A DNA stretch of 64,000 bases, from positions 1,152,001-1,216,000 of the forward strand of contig CAXXMB010000002.1 in NCBI GenBank assembly GCA_963668675.2. The letters run 5' to 3'. This DNA is from an uncultured Desulfatitalea sp. (GTDB lineage Bacteria; Desulfobacterota; Desulfobacteria; Desulfobacterales; Desulfosarcinaceae). Position numbers and translations under genes: made by a program. The notes under the pieces were generated by a model. It was not told the origin of the DNA. It saw nothing but the letters and a program-made list of their open reading frames with translations, and ran no database searches. This document shows, one piece after another, positions 58,669 to 64,000 of the stretch (positions are counted from its first letter, which is position 1; every line of letters begins with the position of its first letter).

Positions 58669-60491
58669 AATGCCCTATGGCGGCCCTGATGGAACAATCC
58701 CCGCCAGGAACGACAGCTGCGCTGGCGGTCCACGATCTGGCAAAAACCTTTGCTGCCAAACGGGGCACGGTTGTTGAGGCTTTGCACTCGGTCTCTTTCG
58801 AAGCCCTTGCCGGACATGTGACCGGTCTGGTGGGGGCTGATGGTGCCGGCAAAACGACGTTGATTCGCATGGCTGCCGGTTTGCTCACGCCGACCCAAGG
58901 ATCGATCACGCTCCTTGGCCTCGACAGTGTGGCCGATGCCGTCGCTATTCAGCAACGGGTCGGCTATATGCCCCAGAAATTCGGCCTGTACCAGGATCTC
59001 ACCGTCAAAGAGAACATGGATCTCTATGCCGATCTGCAGGGGGTGCCCCCCCATGAACGAGTGACCCGCTACGATCAGTTGCTTCAAATGACGGGGCTGC
59101 AAGCCTACACGCGGCGGTTGGCCGGAGCCCTCTCCGGAGGAATGAAGCAAAAACTCGGCCTGGCCTGTTGCTTGATCAAGTCCCCGCAGATGCTCCTGCT
59201 CGATGAGCCCACCGTAGGAGTAGATCCGATCTCCCGCAGGGAGTTGTGGAAAATCGTTTATCAACTGGTGTCGAAATACAGTATAGGGGTTGTGGTTTCA
59301 ACGGCCTACCTGGACGAAGCAGAACGTTGTGACTGGGTAGTGGTACTGCACGAAGGCCGCAAACTGGCGGAAGGCAAACCGGTCGACTTCAAACAACGCG
59401 TCGCTGGTTCGGTAATACTGATCGATCCCCCCTCGGGCGTCAAACCCCGACAGATCCATACCCACCTGGCAGGCCGCCCCCATGTCAGGGACGTCACCAT
59501 ACGCTCGGGACGAGTGCGCGTGGTATTGGACAAGCCCGAAAGCACTGCATTAACAAAATCGCTGCCAGCAGCATGGCAGGAAAAAATGACGCTGGCCAAG
59601 CCCAATTTTGAAGATGCCTTCATGCGCCTGGTCCCGCACAAAGGTGAGCACCTGCAAGTCGGCGAAAGTGCGGAAACCGATTCTCCAAGAGATGAATCGC
59701 CTGACGTAATGGTGAGGGTGAAACAGCTCCAGAAGTACTTTGGTGAATTTGAAGCGGTAAAAAAAATAGATTTTGAAGTGCAGCGGGGAGAAATTTTCGG
59801 ACTGCTGGGCCCCAACGGTGCCGGCAAAAGCACCACCTTTCGTATGCTATGCGGTTTACTGCCCGTTAGCGGAGGAGAAGTGAGTGTCGCCGGCAACGAT
59901 TTGCGACGGTCGCCTTCCCGTGCCCGCGCCCGGATAGGATATATGGCCCAGCAGTTTTCGCTGTATGGTCAGCTCAGTGTCTTGGAAAACCTGCGTTTCT
60001 TTGGACGTGCATACGGTCTGCGAGGCCGCCAACTGATGAAACGAATTGAATGGGCGTTTTCCGAATTCGACCTTGGCGCATGGCGCGACCAGGCGGCCGT
60101 TCAGCTGCCAGGCGGCTATAAGCAGCGTTTGGCCATGGCAACGGCCCTGCTGCATCACCCCGGCATCCTCTTTCTGGATGAACCCACCTCGGGTGTCGAT
60201 CCTCTGGCGCGACGGGAGTTCTGGTTGAGAATCAACGGGTTCTCCCAAGAGGGGGTGACCGTGGTGGTGACGACCCATTTTATGGAAGAATCCGAATACT
60301 GCGACCGCATCCTGATCATGAGCCAGGGAGAGAGCCTGGCCATCGGCTCCCCCGACCAGATTCGTGGCCTGGTCCGCTCCAAGGAGAATCCGGACCCGAC
60401 CATCGAGGATGCCTTTATCGCCCTTGCCGAAAAGGGGTTTTCCGATTCCGATGAACAGCAGCCCAATGCTGCGACAGGCGGTGACCGATGA
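58665..60491 (+). CDS. ABC transporter ATPase with two NBDs (YbhF-like)
   Basis: GADGAGKTT, LSGGMKQK, DEPT; GPNGAGKST, DEPTSGVDP, TTHFMEE. Confidence 0.93.
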   Translation: MKCPMAALMEQSPPGTTAALAVHDLAKTFAAKRGTVVEALHSVSFEALAGHVTGLVGADGAGKTTLIRMAAGLLTPTQGSITLLGLDSVADAVAIQQRVGYMPQKFGLYQDLTVKENMDLYADLQGVPPHERVTRYDQLLQMTGLQAYTRRLAGALSGGMKQKLGLACCLIKSPQMLLLDEPTVGVDPISRRELWKIVYQLVSKYSIGVVVSTAYLDEAERCDWVVVLHEGRKLAEGKPVDFKQRVAGSVILIDPPSGVKPRQIHTHLAGRPHVRDVTIRSGRVRVVLDKPESTALTKSLPAAWQEKMTLAKPNFEDAFMRLVPHKGEHLQVGESAETDSPRDESPDVMVRVKQLQKYFGEFEAVKKIDFEVQRGEIFGLLGPNGAGKSTTFRMLCGLLPVSGGEVSVAGNDLRRSPSRARARIGYMAQQFSLYGQLSVLENLRFFGRAYGLRGRQLMKRIEWAFSEFDLGAWRDQAAVQLPGGYKQRLAMATALLHHPGILFLDEPTSGVDPLARREFWLRINGFSQEGVTVVVTTHFMEESEYCDRILIMSQGESLAIGSPDQIRGLVRSKENPDPTIEDAFIALAEKGFSDSDEQQPNAATGGDR

Positions 60492-61618
60492 CCCCGCGGG
60501 CCCTGTTTCTCATGCGTATGCGCGGAATGATGAAAAAGGAGGCCCTCCAGATTCGGCGCGATCCAAGCAGCATTGCGCTGGCCATCGTACTGCCCATCGT
60601 ACTGCTCTTTCTTTTTGGATACGGGGTGTCCCTGGATGCTGAAAATATACCCATTGCCTTGGTTTCGAGCGACACCAGCCCGTTTGTCACGGAGCTGGCT
60701 TCCCGCTTTAACGGATCGCACTTTTTCAACCTCTTCCGTCTCAATTCAATGGCCGAAGCGATCCGGATGCTCGAGTACGGGCAGGTGGATGGTATTGTAC
60801 AAGTTCAATCCGACTTTTCAGAGAATCTTCACAAGCGGCAACAAGCATCACTTCAATTGATTGTCAATGGCGTCGATGCCAACCGGGCCCGCTTGATTCA
60901 AGGCTATGTACGCGGGACATTGCAAAAATGGAGTGCCATGAGCAGTGTCCTGGATAAAACAATAGCTTCCCCCCCTGTTAGCGTCGTCCATCGGGTCTGG
61001 TTCAATCCGTCTGCAGAGAGCCGTAATTTTCTGATCCCGGGGCTGGTCACGTTGATCATGACCTTGACCGGAATCCTTCTCACTGCTCTGGTCGTGGCCC
61101 GCGAATGGGAACGCGGGACCATGGAAGCGCTAATGGTAACGCCGTTGCGCAGAATCGATTTTCTGATCGGCAAAATTCTCCCCTATTTCGTTCTCGGCAT
61201 GCTGGGAATGGGACTTTCGGTGACCGCTGCCGTCACTCTTTTTAACGTTCCGCTAAACGGCTCTATTAGCGTCCTGGTCATTATGAGCGGCCTGTTCATG
61301 ATGGCGTCACTGGGGCTCGGGTTATTCATATCGTCCGCCATTAGGGTCCAGTTTGTAGCCGCCCAGATCTCCATTATCGCCGGTTTTCTTCCGGCGCTCT
61401 TTCTTTCCGGACTCCTGTTTGATCTTGAAAGCACACCCATGCCGATCCAGGTGATCAGCCACCTGGTTCCAGCACGCTACTTTGTGGATATCAGCCACAC
61501 CCTGTTCATGGCTGGGAACATATGGCCGGTGCTGATACCAAATGCCCTGGCACTGACGGCCATGGCAATTGTTTTTATCTCTCTTGCGTTCCGAAAAACG
61601 ACGAAACATCTGGAATAA
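60488..61618 (+). CDS. ABC-2 permease (YbhS-like)
   Basis: KEALQIRRDP, LFGYGVSLD, WFNP, AREWERGTME. Confidence 0.92.
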   Translation: MTPRALFLMRMRGMMKKEALQIRRDPSSIALAIVLPIVLLFLFGYGVSLDAENIPIALVSSDTSPFVTELASRFNGSHFFNLFRLNSMAEAIRMLEYGQVDGIVQVQSDFSENLHKRQQASLQLIVNGVDANRARLIQGYVRGTLQKWSAMSSVLDKTIASPPVSVVHRVWFNPSAESRNFLIPGLVTLIMTLTGILLTALVVAREWERGTMEALMVTPLRRIDFLIGKILPYFVLGMLGMGLSVTAAVTLFNVPLNGSISVLVIMSGLFMMASLGLGLFISSAIRVQFVAAQISIIAGFLPALFLSGLLFDLESTPMPIQVISHLVPARYFVDISHTLFMAGNIWPVLIPNALALTAMAIVFISLAFRKTTKHLE

Positions 61619-61620
61619 TT

Positions 61621-62742
61621 ATGAGCAGCCTGCACCGCATCATCGCCCTGATCATCAAAGAGTTCACCATGGTCCTGAAGGACCCCAAAAGTCGATTCGT
61701 TGTCATCGGTCCACCGCTCATCCAGTTTTTTATATTCGGATATGCAGCCACTTTTGATCTCAAAGATGTACGCTATGCCGTTCTGGACCAATGCCGTACG
61801 ACAGAATCCCGGCAACTTCTAGCGCGATTCGAGGGTTCCCCACATTTTCAGCTCACACAAACCCTTTCGTCCACCGGCCAGATCGCACCAACCATCGACA
61901 ACGAGAAGGCCAGACTCGTTCTGCACATTGGACCCCAATTCAGCCGCAACCTCAACCAGGGCTCTCAAGCCGAACTCCAGGTCATCATCGACGGACGCAA
62001 TTCCAATGTGGCGTTAATCGCCCTGGGGTATATCGGCACCATCATCGAACAATACGCCCAGGAGGTCATACAGGCTTCGGGTGCAAGCCGCGAAGGAGCC
62101 ATGATCAAGCTGGTGGAACGCGCCTGGTATAATGACAATCTGCAAAGCCGGTGGTTCATCGTGTCGGCATTGGGCGGCGTCATCAGCATGGTGGTGGTGA
62201 TGATCCTGACCAGTCTTTCCGTTGCCCGCGAACGCGAATTCGGCACCTTCGATCAGCTCTTGGTTGCACCATTCAAGCCCGGAGAGATCCTTGTCGGGAA
62301 ATCGATTCCGGGCATTGTCTTCGGCCTCATGGATGCACTGATTTTTTCGACCGGCGCGGTCTTCTGGTTTGGTGTCCCCTTCCGCGGAACCATCCTGGCC
62401 CTGGTGCTGACGCTGCTGTGCTTCATCATCGCCATGGTGGGCGTCGGGCTGCTGGTCTCCTCCCTTTCGATGACCATGCAGCAAGCGCTGCTTGGCTCCT
62501 TTATCTTTATGATGCCTTCGGTGATCCTCTCCGGCTTTGCCACCCCCATCGCCAATATGCCCGAATGGCTCCAAATCGGCACCCTTGCCAACCCAGTTCG
62601 CTATATTATTCATGCGTTGCGCAGGATCTTTCTCGAGGGGGCTGACGTTGCCATGGTCTGGCCCCATATCTGGCCGCTGATCTTGATCGCGTCCGTAACC
62701 CTGCCGTTGGCAAGTTGGTTGTTTCGGCACCGTGCGAAATGA
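61621..62742 (+). CDS. ABC-2 permease (YbhR-like)
   Basis: KE..DPKSR, FGYAATFD, DGRNSN, WYN..L, SVAREREFGTFDQLLV.P, SGF.TPI.NMP.W. Confidence 0.92.
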   Translation: MSSLHRIIALIIKEFTMVLKDPKSRFVVIGPPLIQFFIFGYAATFDLKDVRYAVLDQCRTTESRQLLARFEGSPHFQLTQTLSSTGQIAPTIDNEKARLVLHIGPQFSRNLNQGSQAELQVIIDGRNSNVALIALGYIGTIIEQYAQEVIQASGASREGAMIKLVERAWYNDNLQSRWFIVSALGGVISMVVVMILTSLSVAREREFGTFDQLLVAPFKPGEILVGKSIPGIVFGLMDALIFSTGAVFWFGVPFRGTILALVLTLLCFIIAMVGVGLLVSSLSMTMQQALLGSFIFMMPSVILSGFATPIANMPEWLQIGTLANPVRYIIHALRRIFLEGADVAMVWPHIWPLILIASVTLPLASWLFRHRAK

Positions 62743-62882
62743 TAGCGCCCCAAAAGGGAATTGGTGAAAAACAGACAACGCTATAAGGATTTTCTGCCTT
62801 CTGCCGATAATGATCACAGGCTTGAGTTGACAAAAACCCAAGTTGACGAAAGAATTACACAACGGCTCAAATACAATCTGAA

Positions 62883-64000
62883 ATGACATGGCAGATGAGA
62901 AAAGCCACCCCCCCTGAAACAGCCAAAGAAATCAGTTGCCGCATTACCCGAACGCTGCTGTTGTACGTCCGCGAAAACAACCGAGGCGACCTGGGCGGCC
63001 TCCTGGATGGATTGGCGCTCGACGAAACCTACCTGTTGGACACCAACAATTGGGTGTCGCACGCATTTTTACAGATACTTTACCAACGCATGATTCAAAT
63101 CCTCGGAGACGACGATGCCGTATATCATATGACCCTGGCCTCTGAACGCTTCCAATCGCTGGGGATTCTCGACCGGATCGTCCGACTGCTGGGCAGCCCG
63201 AAATTGATCTATTCCCAGGCGCCGAAATACAACAAATACCTTAAACTCAACGGCGATGTCCATATACACGAAATTGGCCCATCCTGGGTTGTCCTCGAGG
63301 ACCGCTACCATGACGGAAGCCAAAAAACCCGTTTCGATTGTGACTATACCCGGGGTGTGCTGGCCGGCATCCCCATCCTGTTCGGGCTGCCCATGGCAGA
63401 AGTGGAGGAGATTGAGTGCCAGGTGGCGCCGGACACCTATGGAGACCGGAAATGGCCCGATACTCCCCGGCATGGGGAGAGCGGATGCCTCTACCGTGTT
63501 TGGTGGGAGCCGAAACGCCATTTGCTAAAACGCCTTTTCACCAAACGGCACGACTATTCCAAAGCCATCGAGGAGCTGCAACAAGCCAACCAGCTGATCC
63601 AAGCCAAGTATGATGAAGTCCGACAGCTGGTGTCAGACCTGGAAACGGTGAACCGGGAGCTCACTGTCTCGAAACAAGAATTGGAATCTCAACGAAAAGA
63701 GCTGGCCGAATCGGAACGTCTCTACCGACTGCTGGCAGAAAATGCTTCCGACATCATCTGGGTTTTAAGGCTGTCGACACTCGAATTCGAATATATGAGC
63801 CCATCGGTCGAGCGCATTCGCGGATTTCCCCTCGAAGAGGCCATGACACTAGATCTTGAACAGACACTGTCACCGGCATCGTATCAGATTGCCATGGAAA
63901 TCATGGAAGAAGAGTTGGCTAAAGAGGGTTTAGAGGGCGTCGATCCACAAAGATCCCGACGCATAGAGCTGGAGCAGTCGCTCAAAAGCGGAGGCTACGC
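62883..64000 (+). CDS. partial sensor protein: V4R/H-NOX-like N-terminal domain, coiled coil, PAS domain (runs off the window)
   Basis: own translation: EISCRITRTLLLYV..LLDTNNWVS..CDYTRGVL..VEEIEC..C.YRV.W; SERLYRLLAENASDIIW..YMSPSVERIRG; no stop seen. Confidence 0.8.
   Translation, partial: MTWQMRKATPPETAKEISCRITRTLLLYVRENNRGDLGGLLDGLALDETYLLDTNNWVSHAFLQILYQRMIQILGDDDAVYHMTLASERFQSLGILDRIVRLLGSPKLIYSQAPKYNKYLKLNGDVHIHEIGPSWVVLEDRYHDGSQKTRFDCDYTRGVLAGIPILFGLPMAEVEEIECQVAPDTYGDRKWPDTPRHGESGCLYRVWWEPKRHLLKRLFTKRHDYSKAIEELQQANQLIQAKYDEVRQLVSDLETVNRELTVSKQELESQRKELAESERLYRLLAENASDIIWVLRLSTLEFEYMSPSVERIRGFPLEEAMTLDLEQTLSPASYQIAMEIMEEELAKEGLEGVDPQRSRRIELEQSLKSGGY

Overview
A gene-dense chromosomal window, most likely from an anaerobic Desulfobacterota (Desulfobacterales-like) bacterium. 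The taxonomy is an inference from the Desulfovibrio-type bacterioferritin, AbfD, DUF4388-HDOD and PEP-CTERM genes. I saw no rRNA, tRNA, CRISPR array or transposase. The main blocks are: (1) a ~10.7 kb minus-strand respiratory cluster (22182-32881) joining alternative complex III genes (actB-C-D-F-A, with actE moved to the end) to a divergent cbb3-type heme-copper oxidase module (ccoN, ccoO-cyt c fusion, ccoS, a stand-alone CcoP N-terminal peptide and a small membrane protein); (2) two sugar-phosphate/glycogen operons ~35 kb apart (pseudo-receiver + PPi-type Pfk + FBP aldolase/phosphatase lacking the aldolase Tyr; half-Pfk + glycogen phosphorylase), each with a sigma54 promoter and a similar YGTC-N7-TTTACA box ~100 bp upstream; (3) acyl-CoA genes (abfD, an Fe-S-ligand-less abfD paralog, hbd, two crotonases, a thioesterase); (4) a TRAP transporter followed by VKOR-DsbA; (5) an intact groEL behind a decayed groES remnant; (6) a YbhGFSR-like ABC exporter; plus assorted signalling and housekeeping genes. 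Family assignments and reference residue numbers come from motif recognition and memory, not from database searches.
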